From NCBI GenBank assembly GCA_029262675.1, contig JAJCYW010000009.1, positions 47,198-111,197 of the forward strand: a stretch of DNA of 64,000 nucleotides. Direction: 5' to 3'. The position numbers and the translations under genes are program-made. The notes beneath the pieces are model-generated. The model was not told where the DNA came from. It did no database searches and saw only the letters and a list, made by a program, of their open reading frames with translations. Positions 46,616 through 55,961 of this stretch are shown here, one piece after another (the first letter of the stretch is position 1; every line of letters starts with the position of its first letter). The DNA comes from Chloroflexota bacterium (lineage in GTDB: Bacteria > Chloroflexota > Dehalococcoidia > DSTF01 > RBG-16-68-14).

Positions 46616-46845
46616 CTATCGGCCGACCAAGTTCAAGGTGGGGTAGAAGAAGACCCAGACGACATTGACGAAGTGCCAGTAGTAGATCGTGCCTCCACTC
46701 TCCAGTGCTCTTCTGCTGAGAAGTGGCCTCGAAGTCCGAGCCGGTGGAGCAAGCCGAGCATGACGATGCCGCTCACGACGTGTGAGGCGTGCCAGTGAGC
46801 ACGCCGTTTGCGGCCGGGCGTAGGGGCCGGATGGCCTGCCTGCAT
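46616..46845 (-). pseudogene. remnant of a cytochrome c oxidase subunit III gene (C-terminal ~60 aa, frameshifted)
   Basis: One frame gives ...HASHVVSGIVMLGLLHRLGLRGHFSAEEH (cf. COX3 HGLHVIIGTIFL...HF). An overlapping frame gives ...GGTIYYWHFVNVVWVFFYPTLNLVGR* (cf. COX3 C-terminus AAWYWHFVDVVWLFLY). No upstream COX3 sequence remains. Confidence 0.4.
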
Positions 46846-46897
46846 AGGCCGAACGGCCTAAGACGTATCGAATGGCGCTAGCTACAGTAAGCATGCG

Positions 46898-47143
46898 ATG
46901 GAGAAGTTACGAGTTCCGGTGACGCTGGCCACTACGGCCTGCGGGACGATGCTCGCGCGGACGCTGGCCCCGCACCCGGTCTATGCCGGCGACGAGAGTC
47001 GGGACCGGGTGCTGGGTGGCGCGGGCACCGGCGTCCTGCTGTTTGCGCTGGTTCTGCTCGCGGCAGTCGGCGCGTTCGCCGCGGGTATCCTCTGGCGGGA
47101 GCGTCAGGACGGGGATACGCCTGACAGCGAACAGCTATACTAG
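46898..47143 (+). CDS. possible small single-TM protein upstream of the GMC oxidoreductase (speculative)
   Basis: 81-aa ORF with one hydrophobic helix (VLLFALVLLAAVGAFAAGILW). No recognisable homology. Confidence 0.2.
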   Translation: MEKLRVPVTLATTACGTMLARTLAPHPVYAGDESRDRVLGGAGTGVLLFALVLLAAVGAFAAGILWRERQDGDTPDSEQLY

Positions 47144-47174
47144 TTCGGCCCGACCGGCTAGAGGGAGGCGGAAC

Positions 47175-48689
47175 ATGCATTACGATGTCATCGTCGTCGG
47201 CGCCGGAGCGTCCGGGGCGGTTACAGCCGCCCGCGTCTCGGAAGACGCGGCGCGCTCGGTGCTGCTGCTGGATGCCGGCCCGTACTATCGAACCGCATCG
47301 CAGACGCCCGCCGACCTGCTGAACGGCAACGACAACTCCTATTTCGCCCATGATTGGGGATACGAGGTAACGGCGAACGTCGCCGGTCGGGTCGTGCCGC
47401 TGCCGGCCGGGCGCGTCGTCGGCGGTTCTTCCGCCGTGAACACGGCCATCGCCCTGAGGGGGACGCCTGAGGACTACGATGGCTGGGCAGCGCTCGGCAA
47501 CGACGAGTGGTCATGGGATAAGGTGCTGCCGTATTTCCGCCGCCTGGAGCACGATCTCGATTTCGACGACGATAACCACGGCCAAGACGGGCCTATCCCC
47601 GTGCGCCGTCATACAGAGGACGAGCTGGTGCCCGTGCAGGCGGCCTTCGTCCGGGCTATGCGGGCGCTTGGCTACGCGGAAACGTCCGACAACAACGATC
47701 CGCAGTCGACGGGGCTCGGCTTTCATCCGATGAACAAGCTGGACGGCCGCAGGATGAGCGTCGCCATCTGCTACCTAGAGCCGGCGCGAAAGCGGCCAAA
47801 TCTCACCATCATGGGAGACTGCCACGTCCGGCGGATCGTCTTCGACGGCGATCAGGCGACAGGCCTTGAAGTGGAGGGCGACGCCGGCATGGAGACGATT
47901 ACGGGCGATCGCATCGTGATCTCCTGCGGCGCCATTGGTACGCCTGCGCTTCTCATGCGCTCCGGCATCGGGCCTGCGGACCACCTGCGCGAACTCGACA
48001 TTGACGTGGTGCGGGACCTGCCGGGTGTTGGTGACAACCTGGACGACCATCCGATGCTCGGCGCGACGTTCATTGCCAAGGAGGGGATGCTAGAGAGATC
48101 CGACCCTGTTGTGCAGGTCACGTATCGATACACGTCGAGCGATGACGAAGAGCGAAACGACATGCAACTCATGCCGGTTTCCCAGATCCCAACGCGCTCA
48201 GGCGGCTTCGTCTACGCAATCGGAAGCGTCATCTACCTCCAGAAGTCTAGAGGGCGGCTCACGCTGACGTCGGCGGACCCCCGCATCCCACCGCACGTCG
48301 ACGAGCGCTTCCTCGAAGCTGACGAGGACGTCCGGCGCCTGGTGGAAGGCCTGCGCATGGCATTGGACGTGGGCTCTCATCCAGCGTTCGATGAGCTGTC
48401 AGAAGGCCTGAGATTTCCCGACGCGGCGGTCGTGCTGGATGACGATGCGCTGGCGGAGTGGTGCAAGAGGGTTGCGTCGAGCGGCTTCCATCCGAGCTGC
48501 ACGGCGATGATGGCGCCCGCGGACGATCCCATGGGGGTTGTCGACCAGCACCTGCGAGTGCGCGGGATCGATGGTCTGCTCGTGGCCGATGCCTCGGTGA
48601 TGCCAAGGTGCCCGCGAGCCAATATCCACCTCACGTCCGTGATGATCGGTGAACGCGCCGGCGAGTGGCTGCGCGAGGGTGTCGTCTAG
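47175..48689 (+). CDS. GMC-family FAD oxidoreductase (choline dehydrogenase / cholesterol oxidase superfamily)
   Basis: Start at MHYDVIVVGAGASG with a GAGGGAGG RBS. GMC N-terminal ADP-binding fold, internal ...GGSSAVN..., and the C-terminal His/Asn active-site region. Confidence 0.8.
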   Translation: MHYDVIVVGAGASGAVTAARVSEDAARSVLLLDAGPYYRTASQTPADLLNGNDNSYFAHDWGYEVTANVAGRVVPLPAGRVVGGSSAVNTAIALRGTPEDYDGWAALGNDEWSWDKVLPYFRRLEHDLDFDDDNHGQDGPIPVRRHTEDELVPVQAAFVRAMRALGYAETSDNNDPQSTGLGFHPMNKLDGRRMSVAICYLEPARKRPNLTIMGDCHVRRIVFDGDQATGLEVEGDAGMETITGDRIVISCGAIGTPALLMRSGIGPADHLRELDIDVVRDLPGVGDNLDDHPMLGATFIAKEGMLERSDPVVQVTYRYTSSDDEERNDMQLMPVSQIPTRSGGFVYAIGSVIYLQKSRGRLTLTSADPRIPPHVDERFLEADEDVRRLVEGLRMALDVGSHPAFDELSEGLRFPDAAVVLDDDALAEWCKRVASSGFHPSCTAMMAPADDPMGVVDQHLRVRGIDGLLVADASVMPRCPRANIHLTSVMIGERAGEWLREGVV

Positions 48690-48758
48690 GGCAGGTGGGG
48701 AGGCCCGATCGCCACGCATGACGAAGAAGCCTGTCCTGATTCGTTGTTAGGGACACCT

Positions 48759-48899
48759 GGCCTTATGGGCCAAGACAAATTAGCGGTCACCCATCGATTA
48801 GGTAGAAGAGGAAGTCAAAACGGCGAACTCGCCACGAAGGCCTACGATGCAGGTTGGCCCAAACTACCCTAAATGACGTGCCATTTGGCCCTTTATGGC
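48759..48899. promoter_or_regulatory. AT-rich promoter region of the Mo-enzyme operon with repeated TTGGCCC / GGGCCAA half-sites (candidate operator)
   Basis: GGCCTTATGGGCCAA at 48759-48773. TTGGCCCAAAC at ~48854. TTGGCCCTTTATGGC at 48885-48899. GC content is visibly lower than the surroundings. Confidence 0.2.
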
Positions 48900-48970
48900 T
48901 TAACTTAGTAAGCGCTAAATTAAGAACCGATAGCCATGGAGCCATCGCGACTATCTGAGGGGGTTATGCC

Positions 48971-50557
48971 TTGAGCGATGCCACATTCGACGCAGTCATT
49001 ATCGGGGCAGGCCACAACGGGCTTTCGTTAGGTACCTACCTATCGAAGTGTGGCTGGGATGTCGCGATATTCGAGAAGCGCACTGAAGAGGGCGGCGGCC
49101 TCTGTACGGAAGAGCTGACGCGCCCCGGGTTTCTTCACAACGTTCACTGCAACTACCACACGCTGGTCGGCGTCTGTCCCGTCTATGACGATTTGGACCT
49201 GTACGATCATGGCCTGAAGTACGTCCAGCCGGAAGTGCAGATGGGGAGCGTCTTCCGTGACGGCACGGCGCTGACCGTACATACGGACATCGACAAGACG
49301 TGCGCGTCGTTTGCGCGTTTCTCGGAGAAGGACGCTGAGACGTTCCGCCGGCTGCACGATGAGGTGAAGGGCTACCTGGACCTGATCCTGAGTACGCTGA
49401 TGTACTCGCCGCCCATCCCGTTGCTCGATATTACGAAGGCGCTTGTCGTCTGGAAAATCACCGACAAGGCGGAGTTCCTGAGCGTCCATCTGCGCAACAT
49501 GACGATCAACGAGTTCCTGGACGAGCACTTCGAGAGCGACAAGATCAAGGCGATGCTTGCTTTCCAGGCAGCCATTTCCGGCTACGCGACGGACCTAAGA
49601 GGGCTCGCCGTGTCGTTCCCGCTCTTGGTTGGCAAAATGGATAATTGGCACGTCTGCGTCGGCGGTTCTCATCAACTCGCGCACTCGCTCTGGGAGGCGT
49701 TCGCGCATGCGGGCGGGAGCGTCTTCCTGAACACGCCGGTTGCAGGCATCGTGACGGACAACGGCAAGGCGACCGGCGTTCGCCTCTACGACGGCAGCGA
49801 GGTGAAGGCCCGGCACGCCGTCATCAGCACGATCGACGTGGAGCAGACGTTCCTGAAGATGTTGCCGCGCGAGAAGCTGGACCCGGAGCTCGTGAAGCAT
49901 GTGGAAGACGTCTCGCACATCGATTGGTCATATTACAGCGTTCACCTGGCCATGAGCGAAGCTCCTCAGTACGAGGCGGCATCATTCGACCCGGACATCC
50001 AGAATGCTTGGGTACTCAATGCCGGCTATGAGTCGCTGGATGACCTGAGTCAGGACTGGAAGACCGTCCGCGCGGGCAAGCTGGCCGATCCCAAGCCGAA
50101 CTGCGCCGTGAACTCGCTGTTCGATCCGACGGACTCGCCCGATGGCTCGTTTACGGGCCTGATGCGCCAGTTCGCCCCGATCGAGATCGGGAGCGGCGGT
50201 ATGGAGGCGTGGGACGAGATGGCTGGCCCATACGGAGAGCGCCTCATCGACGCGTGGACGTCGTACGCTCCGAACGTGAGAGGCGCGACGATCGAATGGC
50301 AGTCATACACGCCTCTGGACATCTCGCGCCGGATGGTGAACATGGTCCGCGGCGACTGGATGGGCGGCGTCATCGCGCTCGACAACCTGCTGACGGAGCG
50401 GCCAACTCCGGAGCTATCGCAGTACAAGACGCCGTTCGAGGGCCTGTACATGGCTGGGGCCACGCAGCATCCGCACGGATTCATCACGTTCGCGCCGGGC
50501 TACAACGCGCTGCAGGTAATCGCAGAAGATCACGGATTGGAGCGCTGGTGGCAATGA
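48971..50557 (+). CDS. FAD/NAD(P)-dependent oxidoreductase of the phytoene-desaturase (CrtI-like) family, copy 1
   Basis: TTG start with a GAGGGGG RBS. FDAVIIGAGHNGLSLGTYLSKCG (Rossmann GxGxxG) and ...EKRTEEGGGLCTEEL. About 528 aa. Confidence 0.7.
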   Translation: MSDATFDAVIIGAGHNGLSLGTYLSKCGWDVAIFEKRTEEGGGLCTEELTRPGFLHNVHCNYHTLVGVCPVYDDLDLYDHGLKYVQPEVQMGSVFRDGTALTVHTDIDKTCASFARFSEKDAETFRRLHDEVKGYLDLILSTLMYSPPIPLLDITKALVVWKITDKAEFLSVHLRNMTINEFLDEHFESDKIKAMLAFQAAISGYATDLRGLAVSFPLLVGKMDNWHVCVGGSHQLAHSLWEAFAHAGGSVFLNTPVAGIVTDNGKATGVRLYDGSEVKARHAVISTIDVEQTFLKMLPREKLDPELVKHVEDVSHIDWSYYSVHLAMSEAPQYEAASFDPDIQNAWVLNAGYESLDDLSQDWKTVRAGKLADPKPNCAVNSLFDPTDSPDGSFTGLMRQFAPIEIGSGGMEAWDEMAGPYGERLIDAWTSYAPNVRGATIEWQSYTPLDISRRMVNMVRGDWMGGVIALDNLLTERPTPELSQYKTPFEGLYMAGATQHPHGFITFAPGYNALQVIAEDHGLERWWQ

Positions 50558-51081
50558 CGGGCTCTGTTTCGACAAACGGGACCGTGCCGATTCGGGCGGT
50601 GGCAGGCGACGAAGCCAGTGGGCTGGCCAACATCATTACGCAGTACCTGGAACAGCTCTTGGGCGACTCGGCGGAGAAGCGCGCCGCGGCGTCGTCGCTG
50701 CGGGGCCGTCTTGGCATGAACGCGCGCGAGAGCGACGTGGCGGTGACGATCGTGTTCGCGGACGGCGCCATCGAAATCGAAGAAGGCCTGCAGGAGCCGG
50801 ACGCCGTGATCGGCGGCGAATTGGAATTCCTAATGCACATGATGGCGGGCCGGGCTAACCCGGCGTGGGAGATGCTGAACCGGAAGATGACGATCCGGCC
50901 AGGACGGCGGCCGCTCTTCGCATACCAGGCCTACAGCCTGATGCGGCTGCCGGGCGTACATGTGTGGAACGGGGTGCCGAGGCCGCCCACAGGCGTTCTG
51001 GTGGGCGCGGCGGCCGCGCTGGTGATTGGACTATCGATCATGTACGCCCGACGCAGGGCACCAGGAGGTGACGATGCCTGA
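50554..51081 (+). CDS. SCP2 (sterol-carrier-protein-2)-like lipid-binding protein with C-terminal TM helix
   Basis: ATGA overlap with the upstream gene. ...VAVTIVFADGAIEIEEG...DAVIGGELEFLMHMMAGRANPAWEMLNRKMTIRPGR is SCP2-like. C-terminal GVLVGAAAALVIGLSIMYA helix. Confidence 0.5.
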   Translation: MTGSVSTNGTVPIRAVAGDEASGLANIITQYLEQLLGDSAEKRAAASSLRGRLGMNARESDVAVTIVFADGAIEIEEGLQEPDAVIGGELEFLMHMMAGRANPAWEMLNRKMTIRPGRRPLFAYQAYSLMRLPGVHVWNGVPRPPTGVLVGAAAALVIGLSIMYARRRAPGGDDA

Positions 51082-52687
51082 GGCAACGTATGATGCAGTG
51101 ATCATCGGCGCGGGCCACAACGGACTCACGCTGGCGGCCTACCTCGCGAGGTCGGGGTTGTCCGTTGGGATCTTCGAGCGCAGGCACGAGGACGGCGGTG
51201 GTGTAAACACGGAGGAGGCGACCGTTCCCGGCTTCCACCACAACCTTCATGCTCAGTACATGGAGTTCATCGACTACATGCCGGTCTACCACGACTTCGA
51301 GCTGGAGAAGTGGGGCTCTCGGATGATCAAACCAGACACCCAACTGGGTATCACGTTCGCTGACGGGAGGCCGCCGCTCATTATCTACCGGCCCGATCCT
51401 GAGCTGGACAAGAAGACCCACAAGAGCATCTCCGAGCACTCCAAGCACGACGCGGACACGTGGCTGGAACTGAAGACGAAGATGATGGAAAGAGAGTTCC
51501 AGATAGCAGCCACGCTCTACAGCCCGGCGGAGGCCGAGGACGACGCCGAGGCGTCGGCTGCCATGATGAGCGCGGGCCTTAGCCTCTGGCAGGACCTGGG
51601 CCTAACGGCGAACGATATCGGCAAGGCGCCGAAGGTGCTGATCGATCGCTTCTTCGAATCGACGGAGATGCGGGCGTTGCTCTACCGCCAGTGCATCGAG
51701 TGGGGCGCAAACGTACACGCCGGCAACGGGTACGGCTTCCTGGTCTCCGTCCTCTGGCTCAGCGCGATCCACTATATGTCCGCCGGCGGCACGCATACGT
51801 TGGCGCACGCCATGGCGAACGCTGCGTTGAAGGCGGGCGCGTGCATGCGTTTCAGCAGCCCCGTGGTCAAGATCCTCTTTGAAGGCGGGCGCGCCTCGGG
51901 CATCCAGCTCAAGGACGGAACGAAGGTCAATGCGACGAAACTCGTCGCTTCGAACGTCGATCCCAGGCAGACGTTCGTGGACTTCATCGGCGAAGAGAAC
52001 CTGGAGCCGTTCCGCAAGGAGCGGTTGGCCGGCTGGCACTTCGGTCCGGAGCACGTCCTCGGCACGCCGTCGTTCGCGCTTCACGAAGCGCCGAACTACA
52101 AGTCCGCGAAATGGAACGAGGACATCAACCGCTGCTTCTACACCGTCGTTGGGTTCGAGACAGCGGAGCAAGTGTCCAACTACATCCTGCAGGCATACGG
52201 CGGCCAGATACCGGACCGGCCGGGCGCCGGCACGTGGGTCAACTCGCTGTGGGATCCCACGCAGGCGCCGGCGGGCAAGCACGTGATGAACGGCTGGTTC
52301 TTCTTCCCCAAGGCCTCATGCCTCAGCGAAGCAGAGTGGGATGAGGTACGTGCTACGTACAATGACAAGTTCCTGAAGCTGTGGGAGGAGTACGCTCCGA
52401 ACATGACGCGCAAGAACGTCATCGCGGACCGGCTGTATACGGCCTTCGACATCGAGAAGAAGATGTCGATGCCGGAGGGTGATTTCTCGCAGGGCCGCGC
52501 CGGCGGTATCGGCGTTGGTGTGGCTCGTGAGTACCAGTACCGGACGGAGTTTCCGGGCCTATACCTCTGCGGTCCGTCCGCCGGAGGTGGGGGCGTCAGT
52601 TCCGCCCCGGGCTACGGCTCGTTCAAAGTCATCTGCAAAGACCTCGACCTGCCAAAGATCTGGCAACAGGGGGGTCGGAACTACTAA
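51074..52687 (+). CDS. FAD/NAD(P)-dependent oxidoreductase of the phytoene-desaturase (CrtI-like) family, copy 2
   Basis: CCAGGAGG RBS. YDAVIIGAGHNGLTLAAYLARSG. Colinear paralog of 48971..50557. Confidence 0.7.
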   Translation: MPEATYDAVIIGAGHNGLTLAAYLARSGLSVGIFERRHEDGGGVNTEEATVPGFHHNLHAQYMEFIDYMPVYHDFELEKWGSRMIKPDTQLGITFADGRPPLIIYRPDPELDKKTHKSISEHSKHDADTWLELKTKMMEREFQIAATLYSPAEAEDDAEASAAMMSAGLSLWQDLGLTANDIGKAPKVLIDRFFESTEMRALLYRQCIEWGANVHAGNGYGFLVSVLWLSAIHYMSAGGTHTLAHAMANAALKAGACMRFSSPVVKILFEGGRASGIQLKDGTKVNATKLVASNVDPRQTFVDFIGEENLEPFRKERLAGWHFGPEHVLGTPSFALHEAPNYKSAKWNEDINRCFYTVVGFETAEQVSNYILQAYGGQIPDRPGAGTWVNSLWDPTQAPAGKHVMNGWFFFPKASCLSEAEWDEVRATYNDKFLKLWEEYAPNMTRKNVIADRLYTAFDIEKKMSMPEGDFSQGRAGGIGVGVAREYQYRTEFPGLYLCGPSAGGGGVSSAPGYGSFKVICKDLDLPKIWQQGGRNY

Positions 52688-52697
52688 GGAGTGCGCC

Positions 52698-53168
52698 ATG
52701 GCCGAGATCTACACCACCGCCTGGTACGACAGCATGAAGGATCTCCTCAACAAGAGCGATGAGGTCACGAAGAACGCACCGCAGGGTGTCTGGCGCATCC
52801 TGGCGGAGATTCGCGGCGATGGCACATCACCCTACATCGGCGGCGATGATGTCAAACGCTTCTCGATAGTGCTCGACGATGGCAAATGCGCGAGCTACCA
52901 GGAGCTGACAGAGGCGCCGCCGCGGAAGGACTTCGAATTCATCCTGGAGATGCCCGCCGGCCTCTTCGAGCGTATCGTCGCCAACCAGGCAGATCCGCTT
53001 GAGGCCGGGCTAAAGGGTGACGTGAAGATCGTCGGCGACATGCGGGTGCTGATCCAGAACGCGGAGCTAGTGAACGTCCTCTCTGAGATCTACCAGCGCG
53101 AGATCGAAACGGAGTGGCCTAACGGTACCCCTCCGTACGAGGCAGCGACTGCTGGAGGTGCGGCATGA
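52698..53168 (+). CDS. SCP2-domain protein
   Basis: AAGGAG RBS. ...FSIVLDDGKCASYQELTE...FEFILEMPAGLFERIVANQADPLEAGLKGDVKIVGDMRVLIQNAELVNVL is an SCP2 fold signature. Confidence 0.55.
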   Translation: MAEIYTTAWYDSMKDLLNKSDEVTKNAPQGVWRILAEIRGDGTSPYIGGDDVKRFSIVLDDGKCASYQELTEAPPRKDFEFILEMPAGLFERIVANQADPLEAGLKGDVKIVGDMRVLIQNAELVNVLSEIYQREIETEWPNGTPPYEAATAGGAA

Positions 53169-55945
53169 CCGAAGCAGGCCTATTGCTACACGCCCTCGCC
53201 GAAAAGAAGGGAGGCGGCAGCGAATCCTATGGCTCCTGGGAGGATCTGTATCGCGGGAAATGGACGTGGGACCGCGTCGTCAAAGGTACGTGCAACCGGG
53301 CTGACTGCATCGCAGCTTGCTCGTTGGACCTGTTCGTTAAGGACGGCATCGTGTGGCGAGAAGAGCAGAACGCCATCTACGACCAGACCAACGAGGCGGT
53401 GCCAGACTTCAACCCACGTGGCTGCCAGAAGGGCATCTGCTACAGCGACCTGATGTACGATGCGTCTCGCATCAAGTACCCGCTGCGAAGAGTTGGCGAG
53501 CGTGGCTCCGGAAAGTGGGAGCGCATCTCATGGGATGAGGCGCTAACGGAGATCTCCGACAAGGTCCTTGATGTCTGCAAGGAGGATGGCCCGGAGAGCA
53601 TCATCTACGACTTCGGCACAACGAACATCGACTTCGGACCTGGAACGCCCGCCGAGCAGCAACTGACCCGCCTGATCGGCACGACGTCGCTCGATGAGTG
53701 GGCCGGCGTGGGCGACCTTCCCATGGGCGCCATCCAGACCTGGGGCCTCTTCAACGCTGATGGGACCTCCGACGATTGGTTCAACGCCGATACGATCTTG
53801 GTCTGGCTGGGCAATCCCGTCTACACGCGGGTGCCGGACGTGCACTTTATGTTCGAGGCGCGCTACAAGGGCGCCGAAGTGGTAACGATCGCGCCTGATT
53901 ACAACGCCACCGTGGTGCATTCCGACCTCTGGGTGAACCCGCGCGTCGGAACGGACGCCGCTCTGGCGCTTGCGATGTGCAACGTGATCGTGGAGGAGGG
54001 GCTGCAGAAGGATCGCTACGTGCAGGAACAGACCGACCTGCCGTTCCTGGTACGCGAAGACGCCGGCCGCTTCCTCCGCCAATCCGACATCGCCAAGGAT
54101 GGCAAGGATGACGTTTTTTACGTCTGGGATCTAGCCACCAAATCGCTACAAGAAGCGCCAGGGACGATGGGACAGCCGGATGCGTCGCTCGACCTGGGTG
54201 ACCTCGACCCCGCGATGGAGGGCGATTTCGAGGTAGAGCTGCTGGACGGCAGGAAGGTGACCGTACGACCCGCCTTCCTGGCGCTCAAGAAACGTTTGGA
54301 CGAATACACGCCGGAGCGCGCCGCAGAGATCACAGGCGTCGCCGCCAGCACGATCCGGCGTTTGGCCCGACGGGTAGCTGAGAGTCCCGCCACGCTGATT
54401 TTCTGCTCGTGGGGGGCCTGCAAGCACTACCACATGGACCTCGTGCAGCGATCCATCATCCTGCTGCTCGCGCTCACCGGCAACACGGGTAAGCGCGGCG
54501 CCGGTATGCGCATCGGCGCTTGGTGGAACATGTCGCTCAGCTACGACAAGGCTGGCGTCGGCGCACTTGCGGCGGCCGGCGCCCCAGCAGAGCGGCCCAA
54601 GGTCCGCGACCTTGAGAACTTGATGAAGACGCTGATGAAGGCAAACTCGTCGATCAGCCCGACGATGCCGTTCCTCTATAAGCACGACAAGGGCTACGCG
54701 AAGCTGGTCGACACGCCCGGCTATCACGACCCCGATCTGAAGCGCCCCATTAGCGAGTACATGCAGGAGGCGTTCGATAAGGACTGGATGCCTGTCTATC
54801 CCAGGGACGGCAAGTCGCCGCGGGTCTTCCTCTACACGGGTATGAACCCGCTGCGCCGCTGGCCGGCCCCCGATGCCATTCGCGAGAATCTGTGGGCGAA
54901 TTTCGAGTTGATCGTGACATGGGATTTCCGCATGTCCAGCTCCGGCATGTACTCGGACATCATCCTGCCCGCGGCAGGATGGCACGAGAAGTCCGGCGTC
55001 AAGTTCACCCAGAGCTATGTGCCGTACATCTGTGTTGGTGAGCAGGCCGTGGAGCCGCTCTACGAGTCAAAGAACGAGTTCGACATCATGGCCAAGCTGG
55101 CGGCTACGCTGGAGCGGCGGGCCAAAGAGCGGGAAGAAGCCCCGTACAAGGATGTGTTCGGTAACGAGCACGATCCAACAGACATCGCCCGCCTCTGGAG
55201 CTTGGACGGTGAGTTCGGCGAGGGAGACGCGGAAAAGGCGCTGGACGTCCAATTCGAGCTCTCAGATCCGGTTGGAGATGCTACGTGGGCGGAGGCGGCT
55301 GAGAAGGGGGCGGTGCGCGTGACGTCGACGGGAGGCTATGGGCCGATCACCGCCATCACGAATGAAGTTGAGGAAGGTGAGACGCTCTACCCGTTCGCGT
55401 GGTTTGTCAGGGACAAGGAGTCTTGGCCCACGCTCACCGGACGCCAGCAGTTCTACATCGACCATCCGTGGTTCCTAGAGGCCGGCGAAGAGTTGCCCAC
55501 GCACAAGGAGGCCCCTCCCGCTGGCGGCGATTACCCGCTGCGGATGACAGGTGGACATACGCGTTGGAGCATCCACGCTATCTGGAGGAGCAATCGCACG
55601 CTCCTTCGACTCCAACGCGGCGAGCCCGTGATGTACATCAGCACGCAGGACGCGGCGGCGCGCGGCCTGGATGACCATGACCTGGCCTTGGTCCACAACG
55701 ATGTAGGCGGGTTCAAGGTGAGAGTGAAGCTGGCGCCCAGTGTTCAGCCGGGCCAGGTGGTCATGTATCACGCCTGGGAGCCGTACCAGTTCGAGCAGTG
55801 GTCGGGCCAGCAGGCTGTTAACCCATCGCCGCTGAAGCCCCTCCACCTAGTGGGGGACTACGTCCAGCTTTCGTATCGGTTTGCCCTGGCCCAACCCAGC
55901 AACATTTCTCGGGCGATGACGGTCGAACTGACAAAGGTGGAGTGA
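53165..55945 (+). CDS. molybdopterin (bis-MGD) oxidoreductase alpha subunit, type II DMSO-reductase family (NarG/EbdA/C25DH-like), paralog 1; no Tat signal
   Basis: N-terminal ...WTWDRVVKGTCNRADCIAACSLDLFVKDGIVWREEQ...NPRGCQKGICYSDLMY..RIKYPLRRVGERGSGKWERISWDEAL parallels the NarG FS0-cluster/N-domain. No RR motif. 926 aa. ATGA overlap with the SCP2 gene. Confidence 0.8.
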   Translation: MTEAGLLLHALAEKKGGGSESYGSWEDLYRGKWTWDRVVKGTCNRADCIAACSLDLFVKDGIVWREEQNAIYDQTNEAVPDFNPRGCQKGICYSDLMYDASRIKYPLRRVGERGSGKWERISWDEALTEISDKVLDVCKEDGPESIIYDFGTTNIDFGPGTPAEQQLTRLIGTTSLDEWAGVGDLPMGAIQTWGLFNADGTSDDWFNADTILVWLGNPVYTRVPDVHFMFEARYKGAEVVTIAPDYNATVVHSDLWVNPRVGTDAALALAMCNVIVEEGLQKDRYVQEQTDLPFLVREDAGRFLRQSDIAKDGKDDVFYVWDLATKSLQEAPGTMGQPDASLDLGDLDPAMEGDFEVELLDGRKVTVRPAFLALKKRLDEYTPERAAEITGVAASTIRRLARRVAESPATLIFCSWGACKHYHMDLVQRSIILLLALTGNTGKRGAGMRIGAWWNMSLSYDKAGVGALAAAGAPAERPKVRDLENLMKTLMKANSSISPTMPFLYKHDKGYAKLVDTPGYHDPDLKRPISEYMQEAFDKDWMPVYPRDGKSPRVFLYTGMNPLRRWPAPDAIRENLWANFELIVTWDFRMSSSGMYSDIILPAAGWHEKSGVKFTQSYVPYICVGEQAVEPLYESKNEFDIMAKLAATLERRAKEREEAPYKDVFGNEHDPTDIARLWSLDGEFGEGDAEKALDVQFELSDPVGDATWAEAAEKGAVRVTSTGGYGPITAITNEVEEGETLYPFAWFVRDKESWPTLTGRQQFYIDHPWFLEAGEELPTHKEAPPAGGDYPLRMTGGHTRWSIHAIWRSNRTLLRLQRGEPVMYISTQDAAARGLDDHDLALVHNDVGGFKVRVKLAPSVQPGQVVMYHAWEPYQFEQWSGQQAVNPSPLKPLHLVGDYVQLSYRFALAQPSNISRAMTVELTKVE

Positions 55946-55961
55946 GAAGCGAGGTGCAGTC

